Part shown: positions 22,301 through 33,236 of the stretch, in pieces
Layout of the letters: each line of letters starts with the position of its first letter
How positions within the stretch are numbered: the stretch's first letter is position 1
Source of the DNA: an uncultured virus (IMG/VR IMGVR_UViG_2061766007_004329)
Taxonomy: Duplodnaviria; Heunggongvirae; Uroviricota; Caudoviricetes
DNA length: 64,000 bases
Virus record (IMG/VR): IMGVR_UViG_2061766007_004329
Reading direction: 5' to 3' (one strand)
Translations under genes and position numbers: made by a program
The notes under the pieces: model-generated
Told to the model about the DNA's origin: nothing
What the model saw: only the letters and a program-made list of their open reading frames with translations
Databases searched by the model: none

Positions 22301-25300
22301 TCCTGATCCATCGCGTCCAGCTGGGCGATGTCCTGATCGATCTGCTCCACTACAGACGTGTGACCCGAATTGCGCGCGGTCTCTCTCAGCTCCTCCAGCG
22401 AGGTGCGGGTAGAGGCTGTCAGCTCCTTGAAGGAATCCGTCCAGTGCCGGACAATCTCGTCCGTTTCACCCTCGCCGTCAGTCCAGACCGCAATGAGGTT
22501 GTTCATCCAGGTCTGGGCGTTCTGCATGGAATTGACGAAATCGTCCTTCGACATACCGAAAAAGCCCAGGCCTTCGGACTGGTTATAGAAGGTCTCCGCA
22601 GCGTTTTCCTTCCAGGATTTCGCGGTTTCCTCCAGGCCCTTCAGCGCTTCCCGGGCGGCTTTCGCGCCAGAGGCCCAGTCCGCGAAGGCAACTGTGCCGA
22701 CCACAACAGCGGCAGCGACAGCCAGCCACACGGACGGACTTCTGGCCAGCACGCTGATGAAACCGCCAAACCCGCCGCCNNNNNNNNNNNNNNNNNNNNN
22801 NNNNNNNNNNNNNNNNNNNNGGTCACGACAGTACCCAGGCTCTTTGTGAATCGGGAATAGACCATGAGTACGGGCCCAACGGATGCGGCAATGGCCGCCC
22901 ACCGGATAATCTGCTGGCGCTGGGCTTCATCCATGCCCATGAACCTTTCGATGAGACTGTCCGCGCCGGACATGAGCTTGCCGAGCATCGGCTGGACGTC
23001 GTCGCCCAGTTGCTGGGCGAACAGCAGCGCCTTATTTTTCAGATTGGTCAGTTGGCTTTCTGTCGTGGCGTAGCGCTTGTTGGCTTCCACTGTCAGCGCT
23101 GTGTTCTCCTCCCACGCGCGGTTGGCACGGGCCTGGGCGTTGGAGAAAAGCTCCGTCGCGTTGGTGGCACGGAGCAGCGTGTCGCGCAGGCGCACTTCCT
23201 TGATGCCGATCTCATTCAGCGTCGCGATGGCGGATTCGCCTTCCTCATCCATCCGGGAAAGACCCACAATGAATGCCTGGAACGCGGCAGCCGGATCACT
23301 GTCAAAGAGGGTTTTGAACTCTGCGGCGGTCATACCACAGATCCGGGCGAAATCGTCCNNNNNNNNNNNNNNNNNNNNNNNNNNNNNNNNNNNNNNNNNN
23401 NGAGAAGGCGGAGCCGCCCATCTGCGCTTCAATGCCCACGGAGGACAAAGCCGCCGCAAAGCCAAGCACCTGGGCTTCGGTCAGACCGACCTGACGGCCG
23501 GCGCCGGCAAGGCGCTGCGCCATTTCCATGATGGGCTTCTCGGTTGTCGCAAAATTGTTGCCCAGATCGACCATGGTCGAGCCGATATTCTGAAACAGCG
23601 ACTGATCCGTGCCCATGACATTCGCAAACTTCGCAATGGACGCCGCAGCTTCATCAGCATTCAGGTCTTCACAAGAATTGCCGAGATCGATCATAACTTT
23701 TGTGAATTCCCGCAGGTGTTCGTTGGCGATGCCCAGCTGTCCGCCCGTCGCCATGACCGCGTTGATCACATCGGTTCCTGCGGCCACCTGGGTGGACATT
23801 TCTTTTGAGGCGGCAGCCAGTTCCGCGAACTCCTCTTCCGTAGCGTCCACGGTCTTGCGCACTCCGGCAAAGGAAGACTCGAAGTCGATCGACGCCTTGA
23901 GCGCCGCCGTGCCCAGCCCCGTCACCGGCGCCGTAATCATCGTGGAAAACGCCCTGCCGACCATGCCGGTCGTGCGGGAACTGTTCTGGAGCGCTTTGCC
24001 CGCAGCGGTGGCGCTTTCGCCAAGCGCTGTCCATCCGGAAGCAGCAGTTTTCAGCTGCCGGTTGGTGGCATCGATCTCCGAACGCGTTCCCCTGAGTGCG
24101 GCATTGGCATTGTTCAGGGCGGCCTCCGCGTCGAGCACGGCGTCGTTGGCTTCGCGCACCTTTTCCGGATCATTGGCCTCGTTCGCAGCCTCCATCTGAA
24201 CCTTTGCGACTTCCAGCGCTTCCTCGTAGTGGCGAACCGCCTGCTCCTGCAGTCCCATGCGCTGCCCCAGCATGTTCAGCTTCTCATTCAGGCCATAGAC
24301 GCTCTTGTCCATGTCCTTTATGCCCGTCGTGGAAGCCTTGAAGGCACTCTCCGCCACCTTGATCTCCCGGCCTATGGTGGCGATGGCATTCCTGGAGTCA
24401 GTGATTGCCTTTCCCGCCGCATACCAGTTGGTCTGGGCAAGGGTAAGAGCGTCATTGCACTGATATATCTGATTCTGTGTTTCAGCCAGTGCCGTGCGGG
24501 CATTGTTGAGCGCCGTCTGCGCTTCCGTCACGGCGTTGCTTGCCTGGTGGATCTTCTCCGGATCGCCTGCTGCCTGTGCCGCTGATAGCTGCTGCTGCGC
24601 GGCCCGGAGCGCCACCTCATACTGGCCGACCGCCTCGTTCTGNNNNNNNNNNNNNNNNNNNNNNNNNNNNNNNNNNNNNNNNNGAAGCTTCCATTTTGTC
24701 TATGCCCACGGTCGCCAGATGGAACTCGCTCTCGGCCCGTGAGATGTCGCTGCCAATGGCCGAAATGGCGCCTTGGGCATTGGACATCGCCTCGGCTGCA
24801 GAATGCCAACCGTTGTTCGCCAGGGCCAGCTCGCTATTACAGGCCTGCAGCTGGGCCTCCGTCTCCTTCACGGCGGCGTTGGCATTATTCAGGGCGGTCT
24901 GGGCGTTGGTGACAGCCTGTGTTGCCTGATTGATTCGCTCCGGATCGCCTGCCGCCTGCGCTGCCGCCAGCTGTGTCTGTGCCTGGACAAGTATGTTGGC
25001 ATACTGAGCCACAGCCTGGTTCTGGAGATTCAGCTGCTGGGTCAGCATATTGGAGCGAGCCGTCAGGCCAGCCACTGTGGTATCCACGTTCTGCATCCCT
25101 GCCGTGGCGAGATTGAATTCGCTCTCGGCCAAGCGCAGCTGATTGCCGATCCCGGTGATGGCCGCCTCTGATCCCCTGATGCTCTCCGCGGCGGAGAACC
25201 AGTTGTTGTTGGCCAGCGTCAGCTGCGTATTACAGGACTCCATCGCCAGCTCAGTTTCCCGGACGGCGGTCTGCGCCCGGGTCAGCGCTGTTTCGGCATC

Positions 25301-26236
25301 TGTCACTGCGCCCGTTGCCTGTCGGATGAGATCAGGGTCGTTGACGCTCTGGGCGGCAGCAAGCTGTTCCCGCGTGGCGCTGAGTATATTCTGATACTCC
25401 TGAACCGCCTGATTCTGGAGACGGAACCGCTCCTCCAACAGCCTCATTTTTGCCGTCAGGCCGTCTGTGCTGCTGTCTACATCCTTTATGTCGACAGTCA
25501 GCAGCTTGAAGGTCGCATCGGCGGACTGCATCTCCCTGCCGATGCTNNNNNNNNNNNNNNNNNNNNNNNNNNNNNNNNNNNNNNNNNNNNCGGCAGCGCG
25601 CCAGTTCGTCTGGGACAGCTGCAGCGCCCTATTGGTGCTCTGGATATCTGCTTCAGTCTGCTTGACGGCAGCGGAGGCTTTGTTCAAATTGGAGTTGCCC
25701 GTGGACACAGCGTCGGCGGCATTCTGTGTCGCCCGCTGCAAAGCCTCGCACTGACCGGCGAGCCTGTGCACCTCCTCGGTGGTCTCCCGGTAGCGCTCAC
25801 GGACTTCCTCCAGATGGCCAGCAGCGTCCAGCGTCGCCTGATCCGATTCGCCCAGGCGGGCCCGGCAGTCGGCATAGGCCTCCGCAGCCTGCCTGACTAC
25901 GTCATTGAGGACAGCCTGGCGACTTTGCGCCTCAGTCAGGCGGTTGGCATAATCGCCCTGCCGGTCATAGCATTCCTGCAGCTTGTCCCTGGCCGCCTGC
26001 AAAGCCTTCTGGTACTGATCTACGACATTCCTTTGCAGGGACAACTTCTGCTGAAGAGTGGAAAGACGGGAGGCCAGGCCTTCCGTGCTCTTGTCAAAGC
26101 CCTCCACGCCCGCAGCTGCGAGCTTGAAGAAGCTTTCCGCTTCCTGGATCTGCTTGTTGACGGAACGAATGTTCCGGGTGAAGTTGTCAGATTGCAGGGA
26201 CAGGCTGACAACGAGATCACGCAAAGTTTCTGCCAT
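19330..26236 (-). CDS. Tape measure protein (about 2300 aa, gapped)
   Basis: MAETLRDLVVSLSL start, DFESSFAGVRKTVDAT and GIEAQMGGSAF motifs, SPSGVF C-terminal motif. Confidence 0.92.
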
Positions 26237-26308
26237 GGCTCTCACCTCTCCATAAATCGGAATTACTTGCTGTCATTTGTGGTTTTCCGATTATACTCCA
26301 TAAAACTC

Positions 26309-26337
26309 TTGACTTTTGGCTTGAAAATGGGTAAGCT
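26309..26337 (+). promoter_or_regulatory. Putative sigma-A promoter of the ATPase moron
   Basis: TTGACT-17 nt-TAAGCT. Confidence 0.6.
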
Positions 26338-26358
26338 AATCACAGGGAGGTGGTCGCT

Positions 26359-27567
26359 ATGTTCGACAGGCCCACTTATGTCAATGCCATTATGCGCTTC
26401 GTGGACGCGCCCATGATCAAGGTGATAACCGGCATCCGTCGGTCCGGCAAATCCACGATTCTGCTCATGCTGATCGAGGCGCTCAAAAAGAGAGGCACCC
26501 CTTCCGAGCGCATTCTCAGTTATCGTTTTGATTCCATGAAATACGACGGGCTGACGGCGAAGGCGCTCTATGAGATGCTGCTTGCCTCCATCAAGCCCGG
26601 CCAGAAGACATATATCTTTCTGGATGAGCTTCAGGAGATCAGCGGCTGGGAAAAAGTCGTCAACTCTCTCGTGCAGGAAGAGGATGTGGACATTTACGTC
26701 ACCGGATCCAACTCCCGTATGATGTCCTCGGAGATCTCCACCTACCTGACCGGGCGCTATGTGTCGTTCGAGGTCTTCCCCCTGTCCTTCGCGGAATACC
26801 TGACCTTCAAGCGTTCATATGCCGAAGTCCAGTCCCCTCATCTAGAGCTGCCCCGGTACATCCAGTACGGTGGTTTCCCGGTCGTCCAGCTGCAGGACTA
26901 TGCGCGGGATGACGCCTATACCATTGTGCACGACATCTACAACACGGTCATCTTCACCGACATCGTCAAACGCAATGAGATTCGCAAGGTCGACCAGCTG
27001 GAGCGCGTCGTGAAGTACACTTTTTCCAACGTGGGCAATACCTTCTCAGCTTTGAGCATATCGAAGTATCTGAAATCCGAGCATCGTTCCCTGGACGAGG
27101 AAACGGTGTACGCCTACCTTGAGAAGCTGGAGAGGGCCTTCCTGCTCCATCGCTGCTCCCGCTATGACCTGAAGGGCAAGGAGCTGCTCAAGACGCAGGA
27201 AAAGTTCTATCTTGCGGATCCGGCGCTGTTGTACGCGGTGCTCGGCTATGATCCCAACATGGTCGCTGCGATGCTGGAGAATGCCGTCTATCTGGAGCTT
27301 CGCCGGAGGGGTTATACAGTTTGCATTGGCAAGACGCCAAACGGAGAAATCGATTTTGTCGCCACCCGGCAGAATGACAAGCTGTATGTCCAGGTAACTG
27401 AAAAGATCGAAGGGGAAGCCACTGAGCACAGGGAGTTCGACCGGCTGCTGGAGATCAGGGACAACTACCCCAAGTACGTTCTCCGCACAGATGAGTTCGC
27501 GGACGGCAATCATGAAGGCATTAAGGTCATGCACGTCGCCGACTTCCTCCTGAGCGATGCCTATTAA
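26359..27567 (+). CDS. AAA_14 ATPase with DUF4143 C-terminus (moron)
   Basis: GIRRSGKS Walker A, IFLDELQ Walker B, VTGSNS, EIDFVA...YVQV nuclease-like end. Confidence 0.9.
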   Translation: MFDRPTYVNAIMRFVDAPMIKVITGIRRSGKSTILLMLIEALKKRGTPSERILSYRFDSMKYDGLTAKALYEMLLASIKPGQKTYIFLDELQEISGWEKVVNSLVQEEDVDIYVTGSNSRMMSSEISTYLTGRYVSFEVFPLSFAEYLTFKRSYAEVQSPHLELPRYIQYGGFPVVQLQDYARDDAYTIVHDIYNTVIFTDIVKRNEIRKVDQLERVVKYTFSNVGNTFSALSISKYLKSEHRSLDEETVYAYLEKLERAFLLHRCSRYDLKGKELLKTQEKFYLADPALLYAVLGYDPNMVAAMLENAVYLELRRRGYTVCIGKTPNGEIDFVATRQNDKLYVQVTEKIEGEATEHREFDRLLEIRDNYPKYVLRTDEFADGNHEGIKVMHVADFLLSDAY

Positions 27568-27592
27568 TCTTCGCGTTATCGTTTTTCTTCCA

Positions 27593-27617
27593 AAGGCCGC
27601 CTCAACGGGCGGCTTTT
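27593..27617. terminator. Intrinsic terminator between convergent genes
   Basis: GCCGCCT-caac-GGGCGGC hairpin followed by TTTT. Confidence 0.65.
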
Positions 27618-27618
27618 G

Positions 27619-27906
27619 TCATGCCCGCACGTTGGGCTGAAGGCTGCTCCACACCTCGTCAATGTACCGTCGCACCGGCTGTTTTTTCTGCTGTTCGCGT
27701 TGGGCTTTCCAGGCCCGAACACGCAGGTAGCCGAGCATATCCATCTCGTCTATGTCCCGCATCTTCCACCCATTCTCCAGCAGGGTGTTGTAGGTTGAAA
27801 GAATAAAATCCGGCAGCGTCAGATTGCTGTTTCGTTCTTCGGAGTCGTTTCCGGCTTCGTCTCCGTTTTCGTCATCGGCTGTTCCGGCGCTGCTTTCGTA
27901 GGGAAT
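27619..27906 (-). CDS. Tail assembly chaperone -1 frame extension (gpGT-like)
   Basis: The -1 frame opens at ATTCCCT and reads ...YNTLLENGWKMRDIDEMDMLGYL...YIDEVW to TGA at 27619. Confidence 0.7.
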   Translation of the reverse strand: MPYESSAGTADDENGDEAGNDSEERNSNLTLPDFILSTYNTLLENGWKMRDIDEMDMLGYLRVRAWKAQREQQKKQPVRRYIDEVWSSLQPNVRA

Positions 27907-28232
27907 TCAGAGAGAATTGATGTGGTCTGCGACTGGACGGCCATGAGCGTCAGGGCGATATCGTGCATCAGCCGGTCAACGGGATAGTTATCCAGCAGTT
28001 CGTCCGGCGTAAACTGATTGCTGAAAACCAGACAGAACCACTTGGTCATCACGTCCATCGCCTCGGGGATCGTCAGGGTATCCGCTTCAGGAATGTCCTC
28101 GCCCTTCACGGCGGCATTGGAGATGTTCACGATTTTCGCGTACATCTTGGCGGCGGGCTCCATCTCGCGCAGCGCACGGCCGGAGATGAAGTCGATTTGA
28201 TAAGCCTTTTCACCCAATTTGCAAGTGATCAT
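27819..28232 (-). CDS. Tail assembly chaperone (gpG-like)
   Basis: Between major tail and tape measure; FSNQFTPDEL motif. Confidence 0.85.
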   Translation of the reverse strand: MITCKLGEKAYQIDFISGRALREMEPAAKMYAKIVNISNAAVKGEDIPEADTLTIPEAMDVMTKWFCLVFSNQFTPDELLDNYPVDRLMHDIALTLMAVQSQTTSILSEFPTKAAPEQPMTKTETKPETTPKNETAI

Positions 28233-28263
28233 TTTATATCCCTCCCATAGAACGTCATGGAAT

Positions 28264-28293
28264 GCCGCCGCACGATTCATATCATGCGGCGGC
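28264..28293 (-). terminator. Strong hairpin after the major tail gene
   Basis: GCCGCCGCATGAT-ATGA-ATCGTGCGGCGGC. Confidence 0.5.
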
Positions 28294-28303
28294 AGGCAGT
28301 TGC

Positions 28304-28915
28304 TTAAGGAGCAGGCGTGAAGGTGGGCGTGTACACGGACTGCAGGAAGGTCGCTGCCTTCTCAGCCGTGAAGCCATTCTCGCCCTCGTCTGCGACAGCC
28401 TGATACTGGCCGTCGTGGGTACGCTTGATGGCCACCCATTCCACCTCGCCGGTCTGACGGGTGATGGTCTTGCCGGCCTTTGTGGAGTAGTTTTCGGTGA
28501 CCGGCTTCGCCCTGACCTTATACAGCCAGACATAGCGGAACTTATGGTTTGCCTTCTCAGACATGAAGCCTACCGCGAAGTACGGGGGCTTGTCGGTCGC
28601 GCTCCTGATCAGGACGCCGTTGTCGTCGATCTTGTTGTCGAAGATTTTCTGCTGGATCAGCAGCGGCAGGTCAGCCATCTTCGTCTTGAAGGACAGCTCC
28701 GGGTCGGGATACAGGGTGTCGAACTCGATGTCATCCGCATATTGGATGTCCGGGTCCGTATTATTGGGCGTGATGGACGCATCAATCGCGCCAACCACCG
28801 CCTGCAGGTCGCCATAGGTCAGGGTCTCTTCGGTGTCCTCCACCAGAGGGGCGATGACAACATTTTTCAGGCCGATCGTCGAAGAGACGGTCGGGGATGC
28901 AGTGGGAGCAGGCAT
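28304..28915 (-). CDS. Major tail protein (phi13 type)
   Basis: IGLKN, YADD, PPYFAVGF, YVWLYK motifs. Confidence 0.92.
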   Translation of the reverse strand: MPAPTASPTVSSTIGLKNVVIAPLVEDTEETLTYGDLQAVVGAIDASITPNNTDPDIQYADDIEFDTLYPDPELSFKTKMADLPLLIQQKIFDNKIDDNGVLIRSATDKPPYFAVGFMSEKANHKFRYVWLYKVRAKPVTENYSTKAGKTITRQTGEVEWVAIKRTHDGQYQAVADEGENGFTAEKAATFLQSVYTPTFTPAP

Positions 28916-28946
28916 ATTCTCTTTCCTCCATTTCAATTGAAAGTAC

Positions 28947-29375
28947 TCATCTGAGCCGGTCCAGCGCTTCGCGAAGACCGTCGCGGATGAGTTCATAGGC
29001 TTCGTCCTCCGTTACATCGTAAGCAGGACGAATGTAGGGATGGGAAGGCGCGGGGCCGGGACCGCCGTGGCCAAACTCGACGTAGGACGGATAGTAGCCC
29101 TCTTCACTCCAATCCTTCCGGTGGACACCGATGGTGATGTACTTGCCGCCCTGGGCACGCTTGCGCACCTTGCCGATATTGATGGCATCGTGCAGAGTGC
29201 CGGTGATGATTTTCGGATCCTTGGTGGCATTCTGCCTCATCTGCTCATGCACCGGCACAGCGGCATTCTCCAGAATGATGCGCGTGACTGTTGAACCCGC
29301 GCCCTCGGTGTCCAGGGCACTGGCCATCGCCGCAATCTGTGTCCTCAGTTCATCCAGACCTTCCACGTTCATCAT
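28947..29375 (-). CDS. HK97 gp10-like tail component
   Basis: VEGLDEL, TGTLHDAI, YVEFGH, HPYIRPAYD. Confidence 0.88.
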   Translation of the reverse strand: MMNVEGLDELRTQIAAMASALDTEGAGSTVTRIILENAAVPVHEQMRQNATKDPKIITGTLHDAINIGKVRKRAQGGKYITIGVHRKDWSEEGYYPSYVEFGHGGPGPAPSHPYIRPAYDVTEDEAYELIRDGLREALDRLR

Positions 29376-29380
29376 CGCAC

Positions 29381-29548
29381 TCACCTCCTGCGTCTCCATC
29401 TCGCCAGCAGGAAGACAAACATCATGATGAAGATCAATATGGGAATCGCAATGCGGAGTACATGCCATATACGCTCCAAAATGATATCAATTCGCACGAT
29501 GTTCACCTGCAGCTTCTTTTCCGGTGTCAGTTCATCAAATGGCATCAT
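29381..29548 (-). CDS. Small single-TM protein (55 aa) with RWRRRR tail
   Basis: GGAGG RBS; overlaps the upstream stop; hydrophobic IAIPILIFIMMFVFLLA. Confidence 0.6.
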   Translation of the reverse strand: MMPFDELTPEKKLQVNIVRIDIILERIWHVLRIAIPILIFIMMFVFLLARWRRRR

Positions 29549-29899
29549 GACGGGTATTCCTCCGTAAACAGCACGAACGTCCACTGCATGGTGTACTGAC
29601 GCGTCGCAGTGTCATAAGCCGGCTGATTATACCCTTTGTCGCTCTGCTCCAGCATGCCAAAACCAGCGGCGTACATCAGGGTGCGGATGCGATCCGCTGT
29701 CTCCGTGGGATCGACATCCGACCACAGGTTCAGGTAGACATACGTCCGGAAGCAGGTAATGCTGTCGTCGGCTGCGGCAGCTTCTGTGGTTGTAGTGGAA
29801 TACACCACATACTGCNNNNNNNNNNNNNNNNNNNNNNNNNNNNNCCATCACGGGGATGTCCGGCATGAGCGAAGAGAGCGCTTGTTGGACTGCTTTCAT
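29545..29899 (-). CDS. Tail terminator/completion protein (gapped)
   Basis: Position in neck module; YLNLWSD and MYAAGF motifs. Confidence 0.7.
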
Positions 29900-30264
29900 C
29901 AGCCGGACACTCCTTTCGCTATGGAGGCCTTCAGGCCCAGGTAGGTGCGTTTGAACTGATACTCGCCCAGGGTGGAAATGATCCATTTTTCCCCGTTGAA
30001 GTACACCCACATGCCCGGTTTTACATCCTGCCGCCAGCGGATGGTGAAATTCAGCACGCCTTCGGTATTCACCACGTCGGCGCTTCGAAAGTGCTGGTTT
30101 CCGGCATCCACGACCGAGGCCCAGGTCTCGCAGACGATATAATCCTTCGGTTCGGGGTATCCATTCTCGTTGATGGTGTTCTCCGTGTACCCGATCTGCA
30201 CCCGGTGGCGCAAATCCCCGGGATGGGGAGAGCCTTCAAAGTTCTTATAGCCTCTCAAACACAA
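29899..30264 (-). CDS. Head closure protein
   Basis: GDLRHRVQI and FTIRW motifs. Confidence 0.85.
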   Translation of the reverse strand: MCLRGYKNFEGSPHPGDLRHRVQIGYTENTINENGYPEPKDYIVCETWASVVDAGNQHFRSADVVNTEGVLNFTIRWRQDVKPGMWVYFNGEKWIISTLGEYQFKRTYLGLKASIAKGVSG

Positions 30265-30273
30265 TCACCATCC

Positions 30274-30558
30274 TCAGAACATTTGCGCAGGGTCGCGATG
30301 CGGATACAGCAGGTGTTCAAACGCCATCCGCATGGACTTATATGTGACCATATCGGGAATATCCCGGTTTTCGTAATGATAGGAGACAAACAGCAAGCAG
30401 GCCAGGCGCACAGGGTCCGCCACATCCTCGTCAAAGGACACCCGGCAGAAATCCTCCGCGCTGGCCTGCGCCTGGCGTATCAGCCCTTCGATGAGGGTGT
30501 CCTCTTCGTCATTGTCGATGCGCAGGTGCTGCTTGACCTCATCCACAGTTAGCACCAT
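30274..30558 (-). CDS. Head-tail connector (gp6-like)
   Basis: EVKQHLRID...YENR. Confidence 0.9.
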   Translation of the reverse strand: MVLTVDEVKQHLRIDNDEEDTLIEGLIRQAQASAEDFCRVSFDEDVADPVRLACLLFVSYHYENRDIPDMVTYKSMRMAFEHLLYPHRDPAQMF

Positions 30559-30599
30559 GCGNNNNNNNNNNNNNNNNNNNNNNNNNNNNNNNNNNNNNN

Positions 30600-30857
30600 N
30601 NNNNNNNNNNNNNNNNNNNNNNNNNNNNNNNNNNNNAGCAATCCATTGAAGCTCTCCCTGAGCTGCGTTGCGTTCGTTGCCGTGCTGTCGGGGATGAAAG
30701 CGATCTGGCCCCGCGCAGTCCCGCTTTCCGCTGCACCATCGAACAGCCCCTCGCCGCCTTCCACCACCGCGCCGGGAAGGAATGTCAGCTTGCCGCCGAT
30801 GACCCATTCGCCGCCGCCATGTGCGACATAATTCTTGGTGTTACTGGTAATATCCAT
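30600..30857 (-). CDS. Head fibre/decoration-like protein (3' end in gap)
   Basis: NTKNY...GGGEWVIGGKL motif after the capsid gene. Confidence 0.65.
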
Positions 30858-30912
30858 TTTTACCTCCATACTGTGGAGCTGCCCATATTTCAGGGCAGCT
30901 CCGGTCTCATTG

Positions 30913-32121
30913 TCAGGCAGCCTTCATCTGCAGGACTTTGACAGCTTCGGGCAGGATCAGGCGGCCGTCCAGGCGTTCTGTGAGCTTAAATCCGACCTGG
31001 TCGGTCATGGCGTACAGTTCGTTCAGGCGCTGCAGGGTGCGGCCAGCGCGGTCGGCCAGCCAGTAGTAGCTGTANNNNNNNNNNNNNNNNNNNNNNNNNN
31101 NNNNNNNNNNNNNNTCCACCAGCGGCATGTAGTTGGAAACATACACGCGGGTATTCAGAATCATGTCCGGCACGCCTTCGCGGATACTGGGCTGCCACAA
31201 ATACTGGCCCTGGCCGTCCTTGAGTTTCCGGATGGCCTTGATGACGGCATCGTTCATAATGAAGGACGCCTTACGGCGATAGCCACTCTTCAGGCTGTGC
31301 TGCAGATCGATCAGCTCATCCGTGGTGATAGCCGTTGCAGAAGCAGCAGTCACGCCAACCTGCGCGCCGAGGGAATCGTGCAGCAGGCCGATGGGCTTGT
31401 GGGAACCGTCGCCGGAGATGATCGCTTCCTCCTCAGCGGCACCGGCACGGCGCTGGAATTCATGGACGATGAAGCTGGCCAGATCGAACGCAGAGTCATT
31501 CAGCAGTTCCTGGGAGATGCGGATGGCAGTCGCCAGTTTGTGGGCACCCAGCGTGATCTGGTTGAACGCCACATCGCTCTCGGGGATCTGCGCTTCTTCC
31601 TCGATCCAGCTCGCGTTGCCGTAGTTGGTCACCAGAGGAATCTTGCGATCGCCGGAGGATGTCGTGATCACGTGCACCATTCCGCGCATGATGTTCTCAT
31701 CCTGCAGCGCTTCAATCAGCTGATGCTCGAACTCGTCGGGAACAGTATAGCCGCCTTCAGCCAGTTCGCCGACCTGAAGGGCGTTGCGCACTTCATAGGA
31801 AGTGCGGCCGCGCAGCTGATTCCAGAACGCCTTGTTGTATACCTCAGAGCCAGTGCCACGCTTGGTATCGGCAGCGGGCATCGGATNNNNNNNNNNNNNN
31901 NNNNNNNNNNNNGCTTCATTCAGTTCGTGATCCATCTGCTCAGCGCGCTCCAGCCGCTCAATGGTGCGTCCCATCTCCACGACTTCCTGCTCCATGCGTT
32001 CGTACTGTTCCGTGTCCTCGGCGCTCATCACGCCATTCTCACCGGTGTGCTCATCCAGGAAGGCCTTCGCCTTGTCCCAGATCTCAGCCCTTTTCTGACG
32101 CATTTCCAAAACCTTACTCAA
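30913..32121 (-). CDS. Major capsid protein, HK97 fold
   Basis: EGGYTVPDEF, ISQELLNDSAFDL, ERLDGRLILPEAVK. Confidence 0.95.
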   Translation of the reverse strand: MSKVLEMRQKRAEIWDKAKAFLDEHTGENGVMSAEDTEQYERMEQEVVEMGRTIERLERAEQMDHELNEXXXXXXXXXXPMPAADTKRGTGSEVYNKAFWNQLRGRTSYEVRNALQVGELAEGGYTVPDEFEHQLIEALQDENIMRGMVHVITTSSGDRKIPLVTNYGNASWIEEEAQIPESDVAFNQITLGAHKLATAIRISQELLNDSAFDLASFIVHEFQRRAGAAEEEAIISGDGSHKPIGLLHDSLGAQVGVTAASATAITTDELIDLQHSLKSGYRRKASFIMNDAVIKAIRKLKDGQGQYLWQPSIREGVPDMILNTRVYVSNYMPLVXXXXXXXXXXXXXXYSYYWLADRAGRTLQRLNELYAMTDQVGFKLTERLDGRLILPEAVKVLQMKAA

Positions 32122-33049
32122 AACAGTTTCCTCCTTGCTTTCTTGCCTCATCGGGCATAATTAAAGCCAGCCGTTTACGCAGCTGGCCAACGGGGGTACC
32201 GGTATTCGGTCCGTCGGGGATTACCGCATCGGAGGATTGCTCCGGCGCTTCACTTTTGCCAGATTCCACTGGCAGATTGTCGGCCATCCGCGCCGCCTCT
32301 GTTTCGGCAGGCGCGGCCTTCGCTGTTTCGGCGGCCTGCGCTTTTTCAGCTTCTTCTGTCGAAACCGGCCGCTGTTCCGGCTGTTCATCAGACTTGTCCT
32401 CCTTCGGAATGATGGTCTTCTCCTGATCCTTCTTCCCGTAGGCATTGGACAATTGCCGATGCCGGTCGATCCACAGCTGTACCTTCTTCTCTGCCACGTC
32501 ACGGGCGACAGCGCAGTTGATGATGGTGCTGGCCGGGTTTACTGAAGCCACGCGGTCTACAAAGCCGTATGCCAGCGCTGCTTCCGCATCCATCCATGTG
32601 GTATCACGCATCATCTCCGCGATCTGGTCACGCCCTGCCATAGTGCGCGTCGCATACACATTGATGATGCTGTCCTTGCACGCCCTCAGCAGCTTGATGG
32701 CATTCATGAGATCTGCCTCGTTGCCGATGGCCGCGACGATGGGATCATGGATCATGAACAGCGACCCGGGTGTCATCTCCAGAAGGTCAGCAGCCATTGC
32801 CAGCACCGTTGCTGCCGAAGCAGCCGTGCCGCTGATGGTGATGCTGATCTTGCCCGGATAGGCCACCAGGTCATCGTGCATTCGGACGGCGGCATTACAG
32901 CTGCCGCCATAGGAATTCAGCCGGATATGCACGTCTTCCGACTGATCCGCTCCCGGTTCATACAGGATGTCATGCAGGTTTTCCGGCGTAATCTCATCGC
33001 CAAACCACACTTCATCGTCTATGTAACCGTTCAGATTGATCTCCCGCAT
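32114..33049 (-). CDS. ClpP-type prohead protease
   Basis: LNSYGG, AASAAT, FMIHDP, TWMDAEAALAYGFVD. Confidence 0.92.
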   Translation of the reverse strand: MREINLNGYIDDEVWFGDEITPENLHDILYEPGADQSEDVHIRLNSYGGSCNAAVRMHDDLVAYPGKISITISGTAASAATVLAMAADLLEMTPGSLFMIHDPIVAAIGNEADLMNAIKLLRACKDSIINVYATRTMAGRDQIAEMMRDTTWMDAEAALAYGFVDRVASVNPASTIINCAVARDVAEKKVQLWIDRHRQLSNAYGKKDQEKTIIPKEDKSDEQPEQRPVSTEEAEKAQAAETAKAAPAETEAARMADNLPVESGKSEAPEQSSDAVIPDGPNTGTPVGQLRKRLALIMPDEARKQGGNCFE

Positions 33050-33236
33050 TGACGGGATCACCTCCTTTCCTGGGTTTTGCCTGCGGGTTCACCGTCTTCG
33101 TCTGGTTGCGCCTCTCCAGTTGCCGCATGATGAAGAATCCCAGCAGCAACAGGATCCACGGCGTGATCTGCAGGATGATAACCAGCGAGATCACCAGACG
33201 CGTTATCTGATTCACCAACTCTGCTTCCACCTTCAT
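33012..33236 (-). CDS. Possible overprinted single-TM protein within the portal 3' end
   Basis: AGGAGG upstream; hydrophobic LVISLVIILQITPWILLLLGFFIM followed by basic tail. Confidence 0.45.
   Translation of the reverse strand: MKVEAELVNQITRLVISLVIILQITPWILLLLGFFIMRQLERRNQTKTVNPQAKPRKGGDPVNAGDQSERLHRR

Noticed and set aside
24050..25650. Roughly 270-nt repeats in the tape measure N-terminal region
   Set aside because: Coding coiled-coil repeats expected in tape measure proteins.
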